Shown piece after piece: positions 1 through 12,900 of a stretch of DNA of 64,000 nt. Source of the stretch: Schmidtea polychroa (Eukaryota). The notes beneath the pieces were generated by a model. The model did no database searches, was not told where the DNA came from, and saw nothing but the letters and a program-made list of their open reading frames with translations. Position 1 is the first letter of the stretch. Each line of letters opens with the position of its first letter. Location of the stretch: NCBI GenBank assembly GCA_044892525.1, contig CM097885.1, positions 49,724,001 to 49,788,000 on the forward strand. The letters run 5' to 3'. A program made the position numbers and the translations under genes.

Positions 1-1216
1 ATTACTGAATTGTATATTTTTATAGCATGCATGTGGTAGGTATCATGGGCTCCATTATCCAACAGATAAGCTCCTGTAGACAAATCATTTATAGAAAATT
101 TAAAGCCGGTTTTGAATAAAGTCGTTCAAGTAGTGGCAAAAAAAGTTTTCTTAATTGGAATAAATAATACTTTTAGGGTTATCAATAATTCTAAATGAGA
201 ATTAAGTAGTAAAGTGTGTAGAGACAGAATTGTTTGCTTCTGAATTTGCCATGAAAAAAATTTGCAAAGTTATGTTAAAATAGAGAAGATGCAAATATAT
301 ATATATATATATATAATATCATCGAATACGTTCATATGATGAGATACTCCCAGGACTATCAGAATCAGCATCAGTTCGTAGCGGTATAAGATTAAGGAGA
401 TTAACAGAACCTAATAAAGTTTCCAAAGTGAAAATTTTTGTTAGGACACTCAATTCTATTAAGTGTAACGAAATTAATATTGAGACAAATTGCTGAATAT
501 TCATAATATTAAAAACCAAAAATAACTGTAAAATATTATCTTAAAACACTTGTTGAAAAATTATTTCCCAATGATTAATGTCATCTATTTTTATGGAATT
601 TTATTTATGTCCCAAGCCTATTATATTAATTAAACATCGGATTTAAGTCAACAAATCCCAGGGAGAAAATGCGCAAATTTGCACCAAAACCAATCGATAA
701 AATATAGAAATCCTGCCACAAAAAATTATTTTTCACAATATATAAACAAAAAACTCTCACTCTGCCATTGCAATAAAATTCGCATTTCTCTGTTGGATGC
801 TGCACAAATTTTTAGGTGCAACTATCGATTATCAGAAAATAGCATTTTGTAGACTTTCAAATTGAGCTTTACACATGATTTCTAAAATAAAATTCACATC
901 CCACATTTGTAAACATGCACATACACAAATTAATAACTGATCTGATTAGTTCATGATTTTCCCTCAAAATGCATACCTAAAATTAATTACATTCTGTATA
1001 AATATTTATTACAACCTACAATTCATCATTTCGCTTTAAGGTTTTTTAGTTAGGCAAAAGGCAAGGTTCCTCAAGAAATTATATCCGATAAATTAATTTA
1101 TTTTAAAAGAAAACTTTCAGAATTATTTTTTGTTTGAATCTTGAAATATCTAATTAATTTTGATAAAAACAAATTTCGACTTTTAATTTCTACGATTGGA
1201 AAATCAAATTCGATCA

Positions 1217-4200
1217 ATGTCTAATATTGGAAATAAAAATTCTGCCACCCATGGAGAACAAGAATCAACGTCTTCAGATCTTTCCGATGACCATCCATCA
1301 ACGACAACAGTTAGCACTGTGGCTGTACAGGCTGGTGATTCAAGAATAGTTTTAGCCATCTTAAAAGTTAGTTTAAAAATATTCGTGGAAACTATTATTA
1401 TAATTATTATTTAAAACCAAACTCAATAGAGTGGCAATTGGATAAAAGTAAAAATTCAAACAATGGATCCTGATCTTTATGATATTGGATTGACGACAGA
1501 GAAAGCTGAAAATCTTTTACAAACTCACAATACTTTATGTTCTAAAATAGCGGTAAAATTCTCATAAAAATTATTCAAGAAAATATTTTGTATATTTATC
1601 CCTTCAGACAAAACAGGGCCAAATTTCAGAGTTATTGTCGAGAGCCGATGACTTAGTTAGTCAGCAAACAACAGGTAGCCAATCAGATGTTTACGCGGCA
1701 ATGGCAGATTCTATGGGTCGAGCTTGGAAGGATTTGCAGAAAATATTGAATTATCGCACTCAGTTATTAGAATTAAACGTCAGATTTTGTTATTCGTTTG
1801 ATCAAGTCGATCAATTGTTAAATGAAGTAGAAAATCAGTGTTCCAAATCCAATGAATTTACCGATAAAAATGATGTCTCAGTGTTTATTCAAGTAGAAAA
1901 TTTGAATTGTTTTTTTTTCATTGATACTCGGCATAATTTTAGGAGCTAATGAAATTGAAAGATGAATTGCACAATGCCGATTCTCTATTCGACGAGAATG
2001 CCAATTGTTTTCTCGATTATTTACGAAACTTGAGTTTATTATCATCAACGGATAACTCTGGAGAAGTAACGAGAATTGTTGTCAAATCCGTAGAAGATTT
2101 AATTGGAAGCCTGATCAATCGACGATTACAAATAGAAAGTAAATGGGACAATAAAATTGATGTTTTACATTCAGAATCTTCAAACATGGATTCGGTAAGG
2201 AATTTAGAAAAGATTCTCGATTGGTTTGTGAATGTACGTTGTTTCGAGTTTAAATTAGAGTTATAATGTAATAAATATTAATAAAGGTTGGAGAGACAAG
2301 ATTAAACAACATGAAAATCGGACAAAATCTCAGAGATACAAAAGATTCCCTGGGAGATTTGATGGCTTTAATAGATGAAACAAGAATTGTACAAGACGGT
2401 CTAATTGTTATAAGTCGAACGTGCTCAACACAAAATAACTTCAACATTAATGAAAGATTGAAAATTGCTCAAAATCATTGCTCAAATTTTACTCAAAAAT
2501 TGGAAGATAAAAGGCGTTGTTTAAATCAAGCTGTGATATTTTTCAGTGAAGCAGACATTGTAAGTATTACATTCGTTGTTTATTTTTCCCTATTTGATTT
2601 ATTACGTAACAGAATTGCAGGTGAAATCATTTTCTTGCTGCTGGGATTCAATATAAATATTTATATTTTGTAATAATGATATGTAAAATTGGATGATAAC
2701 TTAAANNNNNNNNNNNNNNNNNNNNNNNNNNNNNNNNNNNNNNNNNNNNNNNNNNNNNNNNNNNNNNNNNNNNNNNNNNNNNNNNNNNNNNNNNNNNNNN
2801 NNNNNNNNNNNNNNNNNNNNNNNNNNNNNNNNNNNNNNNNNNNNNNNNNNNNNNNNNNNNNNNNNNNNNNNNNNNNNNNNNNNNNNNNNNNNNNNNNNNN
2901 NNNNNNNNNNNNNNNNNTTTAATTGAAAATAATTTCTGCATTTTAGCTGTATGACAAAACAAAAAATCTTGAACTTGAAATCATCAACAACCCAGAAAGA
3001 GAGACTTTACGAGCGGATTATTTCATGTCCCAATTGAGATCTATACAGTTACGAATGCCTGGGATTTGGAATCTCGCGAAATTGGTCGTGGAACGATTAG
3101 ATAGCTGCAGTAATGAGTTCAACAATCAAATCCTAATGGAGAAATCAATGATTAATGAAACAACAGAAAATTTAGAAAAGACCATAAATAATTTATCAAA
3201 ACTTTGTGAAAGATTTAAAAATGAAGAGAAAAATGAAGGACAACTTCATGTGATAGAAGAGAGAATTCGATCGGTTCTTATTGTTTTTGAATTATTTTTA
3301 ACGATAGTACCAATACAGTTGAAGACATGGCTACTGGAGGTTGCCTATCGAATGATGAGAGAATACATTGATTCACCAATATCAGTGCACTCGATCAATG
3401 ATCTGCTAGATCTGCACATCCGAGTTGAAACAGAATTAACATCAAAGTTTCAACAATTAACAAGTTTAAGAAATGATTTACAAACCACTTCAAGCCAGTC
3501 TTCAAATTATAGAGTTGTTGAAGTAATTACAAAATTAAACTTTCATTATAATTGTTAAACCATTATAACATTGCTTACAGCTAATACTGTATANNNNNNN
3601 NNNNNNNNNNNNNNNNNNNNNNNNNNNNNNNNNNNNNNNNNNNNNNNNNNNNNNNNNNNNNNNNNNNNNNNNNNNNNNNNNNNNNNNNNNNNNNNNNNNN
3701 NNNNNNNNNNNNNNNNNNNNNNNNNNNNNNNNNNNNNNNNNNNNNNNNNNNNTTTTATTTGTTCGATAATAATTTAATTACAATATTATAATTGATAAAA
3801 TCGGAACAATTTTCATGTCTAAAGAAACCATTTCAATTTGTTAATTAATAAAGAATAAAATAGTTGAAGTAAACTTGTCAGAACATCATATTAACGATGT
3901 CGAGAACAATATATAAAAGGTAAAGCAGGAAGCTTTCCTTAAACATATTAATAAGTCTGACAGTTAGACAATAAAGAGAAATAGAGCTTTATAATTATTT
4001 AAATTAGAACTAATTTGTGCTTGACAAAATGTAAAACAAAATTAAAAGTTTAATGAAAATATTTTTGCTTTTTTGGCTGGTTATTTTCCTGAGAAGACAA
4101 GGAAATATCCTGATGCGTACCGAGAACTAATTTAACCAATTGCGCTATATTGACGTGCCAGGCACGTCTTGGTGATTTTTTTCAGAACTGCAAGTGACGT

Positions 4201-7200
4201 GTATACCACGTCGATAGTATTTGTCGCAAAAACAAAAACGACGTGTTTGCAACGTCGGCTGACAGGCGGAACGTCATTGTTGTTGTGGATAATTATTTAT
4301 ATTCGTGTAAATTTTTTATGTAAGACCTTACCCTCGCGCTAAGCACTGGTCAAACCTCTTAGCTCGCTGACGCGGTGAGGCGTCGATGCCTTATGATACT
4401 TTATATAGTAGAGCGCGGCTCAGCTACCCAAAATTAAATCATAGCGCAAGTGGTTAAAGGATTTTTCATTTAACCATTGCAGAATAAGGCTACGCTTAAT
4501 TTACGCGGAAAGTGTTTCCTGGAAGTAAATACGTAAAATAAATTTCGTATAAATCGGATATGTAAATATATTATAATATAGTAAACCATGGGAAAAAATA
4601 TTCTTTCATTATTTCATCCTTTTATTTATGATCTTAGGTTATAGAAAACATTGATTATGAAAATTATATAAATACACTTCTTTATGAGGATCAGTTTGCC
4701 AACATACATCGTAAAATAAAATTTTTTAACAGAATGAATGTTTATTTGAAAAATGTGTTTGCTTAGGTTTCATTTTTAATGCATTCCTATCAAAAAATAA
4801 TGTCTTTATCTATTTCCTGTTCTGCTATTTTATAAAACTTAAACGAAAATACAATACAACTTTTCAAACGTAGAAGTCATCCTATTTTTGTCACTCAACT
4901 TGTTTTCCCGGACAATGTATACACGGAGCTCAGTAACTTGATACCCCCAATCACTTGTCCAGTTCTTTATCAATCTATTTGCCCATTTTATAAAGAATAT
5001 TGCATATGTAACAGGATTTTACTCATGTAAACAGTGGCGTAGCTAGAAATTTTGGGCTCCTATGCAATGAGTCATAGGTGGGCCCCCTTTACTGCATACA
5101 CAAGTGAAATAGTTGCGGAGCACCATAGCGCCGCAGGAAAAAGATTTTTGGCCCCCTTTGGAAGCACAATTGAATTAGACCAGGGTTTCCCAAACTTTTC
5201 CTGCGACGGAACACTTCGTAACTCTCGAAATTTTGATGGAACACCTTGCTTATTTTGTATGGTATGAGACCAGTGGCGTAGGCCTACCCAAGATTTTTTA
5301 AGGGGGAGGGGAGAGTGTTAATTGAAAGAAGGGCTTATAGTTACAGAGGAGTTTTGCGCCGCAGGTAAAACATCTTTTTGGGTCCTCGTTGAAAAGACAT
5401 TTTAATTAAATAATTAGAGCTCAATATACAATATAACAGTATAAATTGTTATAAAATGATAGTAGGGACAAGTGTGTATAGCCGACAAGCGAAACAATTT
5501 TTTCGACCTCTATATGAATGAGCGATTTACTTAGATAACTAAAGTTGCTTGCTTATACAGTATATTATTAGCGAGGGAGAGGCAGAGGGGATTGCATAAA
5601 TAGGTAAAATGCAGGTAAATAATGTACTTAATGCAATAAGTAAACAAAACAGTGGAGCTTTATTACATAAAACCACAAATCGATCATTTGGAGGTCCCTG
5701 TTGACTGGTGCCGACCGTGCCGTTGTTTGACATTGTTTTCTGAAGAAAATTAAGGAAACTTGGAAAAAAGGCCCCCTTGTCTTGTGGGCCCCTATGCATT
5801 GCTTACTCTTGCTATATGGTAGCTAAGTCACTCCATGTAAAAATAAGATATTAAAACAGCAAGAAAATCAAAAAAAGTTTAGTTTTCAAATAGCTGTTGA
5901 TATTATGGATTATTTGGAATCGGTATTACCGACGAGCAATGGGTACAAAGGGTATGTGTGTAATCAGTGCAAGCTAGTGACTTGGGTGTACTAGGAATTA
6001 CTCGTTCATGCTAAATAATAACAATTCACAATCCCTGATACGAAAGTATCTCAAGAGACTACCCGATTATGTCTAGTTAGGAAAACTTGTTAGTACTGCC
6101 ATTGTAGCACACATATTTGTTATTCTTCTAAGAAGTGAGCATTTACATGGAATGTCTCTCAAGAATTGAATATTATCTAGGATAATTTATTTACAAATAT
6201 AAAATATTTTATATTTTTGTAATCAATTGATTATTTAGGATAAAATATCACAATTAATGAGTGAATGGAGTCAATGCCAATATGTTGTCAATAAAAGGAT
6301 AGATTTATTCCATGAAATGCAATTCATTCTCAACCAAGTCAAAGAAGATGAAATCCAGTTGCAACTCTTTCTTGATAAATTGCTAGATTTAGATTTAGAG
6401 AAAATGTCTGACAGTCAAATTGATGAATTACAGTACAATATGAACCATATCAAGCATGAGATCAGCAATCAACAGGAAACCCTAATCCAGATTGTTAATA
6501 AGGTTTGATTGTTTGAAGGGTAATGTGCAATTGACATATTTTTATTTGAAAATTAAAGCTCATATCATTACCGGAGGAAGAATACAATGGACATAAAGAT
6601 AATATAATTCGATTTTGTCAAACTCAAATTGTTATGAACGATGACCGAATAAGTCAGTTGACAGACCACTGGAATTCAATACAAAATAATTCCAAAGACA
6701 TGAATGTTATCCGAGTTCAAATGAATGAGTTTGTTCAATGTGCCGACAAAGTAAATCATAAATTTGATTAAAAAAACTGTTAAATTTACACATAAAAATT
6801 ATTTATTCAGTTGGAGCATATGTTTCATTCAACGGGCAATTCCTATTCCAGACGAGTCGACTGCCAATCGAAAATAGAACTAGAAAACCAGAAAGAAGAT
6901 CATTTTAAAGAGCATGATTTCATTAGCCAGATGTGCGTTCTAACTAAAACGAAAGCCAATCAAATCATTGGAATGTTGAAAGCTCAAAAATCCAAAGCTC
7001 CAAAATCAACAACCAAAGGAGGAATCATTGAATTCACTTTTGAACTGGATCAACGAAATCAAAGTTTGCTGAATGATGTCAATAGACGATTGGATTCTTT
7101 GGAAATCAGTCATTCAAGATGGGAAAAATTGTGGCAAGACAGAACCAATTCACTCAGTCATAATTCATCAATGTTCAAAATGGAATCAAATGTGGAAGTA

Positions 7201-9960
7201 AACGAGAAAGAAATATTTAGAATCGAAGAAACTTTGACAAGAATTCAACACATGTTAAACAGTAGTCCAAATTTGGAAATTCTTGAAAAAATTGAACAGG
7301 AACTAATGAAAATCGAATCTACTTTACCGGTAAACAATTTTAAATTTTCTAATTTTTCTAAATGTGGACCCCAAAATTTCGGAGCTTATTGTATATTATA
7401 AATTTTTAGAAGCGATTAACCTTCGAATGAAAGTTGATAAAAATACATTTTTTTATTAAATTTATAGTTAATATTGAATAATTTCGCGGTTCTCTATGAC
7501 AGCGCAAAACTCATATAAAACAGGGGTTCCCAACCTTTTCATAGTACCGTAACCGTACGTCGTAAACTATTTGATGGCGTACCGGTAAACCTAATTTTTT
7601 AATGGGGTATAAAATGAAATGGATATTTGTAATAAAGACAAGTAACTTGGGATATATATGTATTTACTGCTAAACATATAAATAAAATATAATTATGACT
7701 TAAAAAATAGTTAGTGAGAAGGTTGGGCCTGTCTATCATTAACTAAAGAAGAAATATCGGACTCATTGTTTGTCAGTTTAAGGCGAAGATCCGAATCAAT
7801 GTATGGGTTATCGTAGTCATGTTTTGTTTTTCGCTAAACAGATTTTTAATAGATTTTTGTTTTATATATAGTAAAGTAATTCGCGTACCCAAGGTTGGGA
7901 ATCACTGATTTAAAACATCTAAATCAAATATGGAAACTACTTACTATCATCAGTAGTTAATTTCATTATTGACTAATATTTAGAATTTGCAAAATAAAAT
8001 TCTTTCTGAAACCGGCCATCATGTGATTATTCCTACAAATCAAAATGATAATTTATCAAAAAGATTATCAAATCTTGAAGATCGACTCGGAAGACTCTTT
8101 GGAAATATTGACGATACTCGATACAAAGTCACGGTTCATATAAATTTATTGGCGAAGGCACAAGAATTAGAAAGCTATTTGAGTCACATAACAATTTTCT
8201 TGGATCGAGTTAAAAGAAATATAAAGATGATAGAAGCAAATGATGATTTACGAGCGGAATTAATTGATCAAGTTAATCGTGCTGAACAACTTGCTGATTC
8301 AGAAATCAGAGACATGCAAGACATGGCAGAAAGAGCGCTACGTAAGTCTGAAATTTTTATTAACATTTTCATTGAAAACAATCTATTAAATGAATATTTC
8401 AATAATCCAAATTAATTAAAGTTTTCTCCAAAAATATTGATTATCTATAATATAATTTTCAATCTAATTCAATAGGTAAATCTAAATGAGACATCTAAAC
8501 AAACACGAAGTAAATATAAAACCAATTTATATAAAGAATTAATTTTCTACTTAATATACATTTAATTATAATTCCTTGAAAATACGAATAAATTAAATAA
8601 TCTTTAGAAAACTCATAAATCAAAATATTATATTTATGCTAAAAAAATTTTTACAATTTAAAATATTCCATTATAATATTTCAATTATAATAAATGCAGG
8701 TGATAAATTCGCGTTAATATATTACCATGATAAATATAAATTTAAATTTATAATGTAATTCAAATTAAATTGAGAAATATAAACAAAAATGAAGGGGATT
8801 CAAGAATAGTTTTAATTTTAATACTTAAATTATGAAAGCTTGTTTTGATAAATAGCTAAGAAAGTGAACTGAATTCCAGAACTTAAAATAAAAATTTACA
8901 TTTCATAAAATCTTTCTACTGTTTATTCCATAACAATAAAGAAGATAAGTAACTTTCCATTTCTATTTTCACTATTGATCAAAAATAGCAATGAATAATG
9001 AATAAAATTCTTGAGATAACCACAAGTTTTCGCCACAGATTTTTAAAGTGTGAACAATAGCTTCTAATATTACCAAATTTCTTTTCAAAATTAAATGAAG
9101 TTTGAGGTAATATCCTGAATTTTACCCATAGATATTGCCATCTAAAAGTGAGTGAAGTAAATATTTATTCATGGATTTTCAAATATTAAAATATTACCCA
9201 TCAGATCTATTTTTCCAGAAAAATCGGATTTGTAAATATAATTTTTAACAGTCAATCTAGTTTTTCAAGAGGCTCTTCATTCAATCTGCATAATATTAGT
9301 ATAAATTGAATTTTTAATAAATGTTTCGTGTATATTAAATTAAAGTATTTGTTATTTTCCAACGGGTGCTTACAACTAATTAGTAATCCTATAATTATCT
9401 CATAAATCAAATTTGTTCAAAAATTTCATTATTGTTACTAAGAACCTACAAAATTTATAATAAAATGCATTATTTTAATCATTTTGTGTAATAGATTTAT
9501 TATTTTATATCGGACTATTTTTTGGAAAAATAAATGATTTCTATGATATAAATTACATTTTACTTATTACATTTTACTTACATTTTTTTTATTTATTTTT
9601 TTAAAAGTATTTATATGAAGTTTTCAAAAATCAAGTAAAAGAATAACTTAATATTCTTATTTATACAAAAATTCTAGATAATAGAAAGTCATCTGTACTC
9701 GGAAAAGTATTTTCCTACACCAAAATAAAAGAACTAATTTTATTTACGTATCCAAATAAAAACAAATAATAATAATGATTTATAAATATATTTAGATCCC
9801 GAAGAAAGCAGAAAGTTAGAACCATTATTTGAAAAATTCAATGAAGTACGAAACAATCTAAATGAACTAGCAAAAGACGCGAAGATTAAATCGGAAGATT
9901 ATATAACGTTAGCAGGTCCCAAGCCAGGCCAGATACTTCCTCCAGCAAAATCATCAGTTG
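1217..9960 (+). CDS. N-terminal CCDC141/zormin-like spectrin-repeat (helical) region of the titin-like gene
   Basis: Exons 1217-1366, 1430-1552, 1608-1892, 1943-2233, 2287-2559, 2947-3273, 3319-3522, 6239-6502, 6559-6750, 6811-7329, 7984-8341 and 9796- splice in frame; the 3522-6239 junction spans a gap and is not confirmed. The translation [43 protein letters not shown]...|...SDVYAAMADSMGRAWKDL resembles the vertebrate CCDC141 N-terminus as I recall it. Confidence 0.8.
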
Positions 9961-12900
9961 CTACTCCAGGCTATCGAGCACCACGTTTTATTAGACCACT
10001 TTGTGATAAGAAAGTTTATGAAGGAGAAAGAATTACATTATTTGTTGAATACGATTCCGGAATGCCAATTGATGACAAAAGTAAAAAATAGATGCCATTC
10101 TTTTATCCTTTTACCAACATTAATATTCCAGCAAAATCACGAAAATTACCTGAAGTTGAATGGTTTAAAGATGGCCTGAAACTTGATTCACCAGATTTCC
10201 AAACAATAGTCGAACCCGATCAAGCTTCTTTGACAATTGATGAAACATTCGTGGATGACAGTGCTGTTTACTCGTGTCGTGTTAGTAATGTTGCTGGTTA
10301 TGCAGATTGTAGTGGAGAACTGAGTGTTACTGAAGTTTACAAGACATTTGATCAGTCACCGATTTTTATCAAGTTGATGATTGATAATTATTATCAAAGT
10401 TGGTAATTGAAACCATTTCTAGACCTTTAAAGAACGTCGAAGTTACTGAGGACCAACCCTTGATGTTAGATTGCCAAGTTATTGGTGAACCTCGACCTCA
10501 AGTATCGTGGTTTCGAAATGGAGAAAATGTAGACCAGAGTCCAGATTTTATCATCAGCGAAATATCTGGGATTTGCACATTAAAAGTAGGAAATTTATTG
10601 AAAAATCATTATTGATTTTGTTAAGGCGCGAAAAAGCAAATCTAACAAACATCAAGCCAATTTTACTTGCAAAGCGAATAACAGAGCAGGAGAAGCCGTT
10701 ACTTCAGCAAATGTTTTTGTTGTCAATGGAACCCCTCCACTTATTATTAAACCCTTACAAGATCAACTTCTGAAAGTTGGCGATCGTGAAAAATTGATCG
10801 TACCATACACTGTAAGATAACCATTTTCTTTATTATATTTTTTTCATAAAATATTTCAGTCTTCTCTCCCAGTTAATGCCAATTGGTATCATAATAATTC
10901 TCAAATGACTGATGTACCAGGATCAGTGAGATCGTACGTAGATACCCAAAATAAAATTGCAGCATTATCTATGACAGAAGTATGTAAAAGTTGCCCTATA
11001 AATCTTTATAAGCTGATTTAGATTTACTCTTCATCGGCCGGTAATTATACATGCGTTATTAACAACCAGTTTGGTTCGGCTACAACCCAATGCCAAGTGA
11101 CTGTAATTGAAGAGGTTTCCGATCACAATGAAGAATGGATAAGTGATACACAAGATGAAATTATTCCCAAAAATCAAACTGATCCCCAAGAAAATCCCCC
11201 TGAACCTTTTGATGAATATATAAAACCAATGTAAATTAATCATAACAAATTATATTTCAATTAAATTTAAAACAGTAAGCGACGTAAAAATGAAGAAGCT
11301 CCACACGGCGATCCACCAAAGGTTATTGAGGAATTGCATAATTCTGAAGAAATTGAAGGAGAGAAGGCTAAATTACAATGTAAAATTATCGGAAATCCCA
11401 TTCCACAGGTTAAAACATGAATTCCTTTAAAATAATTTGGTTATTAATAAATTTCAGATAACTTGGTTGAAAAACAATATACCCCTTAAACTCAATAACG
11501 CCATTAGCAGCCGATCGGAGGGAAATAAACATATGTTAGTTTTTAACGACTTATTCTTAGAAGACAGCGGAGAATACAAATGCGTTGCTAGTAACCCCTA
11601 CGGGTTTGCTGAAACTAAGGCTATTATGCACGTAACGCGTACGTTGATTCATTTGTTGAATTCACATTTGATATGAATATACATTCAGCTTACTACAAAA
11701 ATTCAGTAAAAGAAGACATGGAACCACCAGTCTTCATCAAGCCACTTGACAAGGAAACACACGAATATGTAGGAAATACTTTAGTACTTGATTGCTTTGT
11801 CAAAGGAAAACCGACACCGCATGTTACTTGGTACAAAAATGGAAACCGCCTTCAAAATAGACCTACTTGCCAGGTAATATTTTTAATTTTTATAATTGTT
11901 TGATATTTTTTATTAAAATTTGAATTATATATTCAAAAACAGAACCACAGGTGTAATTCCCCATCAATGTAAATATTTTAGGGGAGGTGTGATTGTAAAT
12001 GATGCGATAATGATTGAAATTGGATACTAACGCTTGATATTACGCAACATCGTAATTATAACTAATTAATTAATTAGTCATTTTAATCTAAGCACAATTG
12101 AGTTGGATCAAAGAATCAAACTTGTCTGAAAGCAGGCGCGTACGCAGGATNNNNNNNNNNNNNNNNNNNNNNNNNNNNNNNNNNNNNNNNNNNNNNNNNN
12201 NNNNNNNNNNNNNNNNNNNNNNNNNNNNNNNNNNNNNNNNNNNNNNNNNNNNNNNNNNNNNNNNNNNNNNNNNNNNNNNNNNNNNNNNNNNNNNNNNNNN
12301 NNNNNNNNNNNNNNNNNNNNNNNNNNNNNNNNNNNNNNNNNNNNNNNNNNNNNNAAATTGTTTTAAGTTTATATATTTATTAATTATAGTTTTTTATATT
12401 GTTGTTGGAATCATGGGGGGGTTAACCCCCCCCCCCCCCCCCCTGCGTACGCGCATGTCTGAAAGTAAACAGTTTAATTAAGTTTTGTATTTATTTTCAG
12501 TGTTTTTATGCTAATATGCGTATTTTATATAAAAAATGTAATATTCAGTAGCGTAGCGAGCATAACTGGTGCCCGGGGCATGAGACCTTTTTGGCGCCCT
12601 TCCCTCGAAAAAACATACAGTAATATAATATATAAAATATACTCTCAATAAAAATATAATAAAAATAATAATAGAATGCAGTACCTACCTTAAAATACTC
12701 TATAATATATTAGGAATAGTCACTACCTAATCATGCATCTACAAAATAATATACAGTTTTTGGAATAAATAGTGACTCACGCTCAGGTTAAGCTTTAAAT
12801 TTTATTGCATTTATACTGGATTCGTTCTGAATTGAGGGTGTCTCGTTTCCCGGGAAATAAATTTTTTAAATTATCAACACATAAAACTGCTATATATAAG

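Noticed and set aside
1-519. Possible exons of a divergent - strand gene (open frame 1-128; candidate exon ~332-408)
   Set aside because: No recognisable homology, and I could not build a consistent splice chain.
4152-4257. Palindromes with spacers as a mini-CRISPR
   Set aside because: They lie inside a TIR/TTAA-bounded MITE; only the 6-bp arms are conserved.
9552-9590. Short attacattttactt tandem repeat
   Set aside because: Ordinary slippage repeat in an AT-rich intron.
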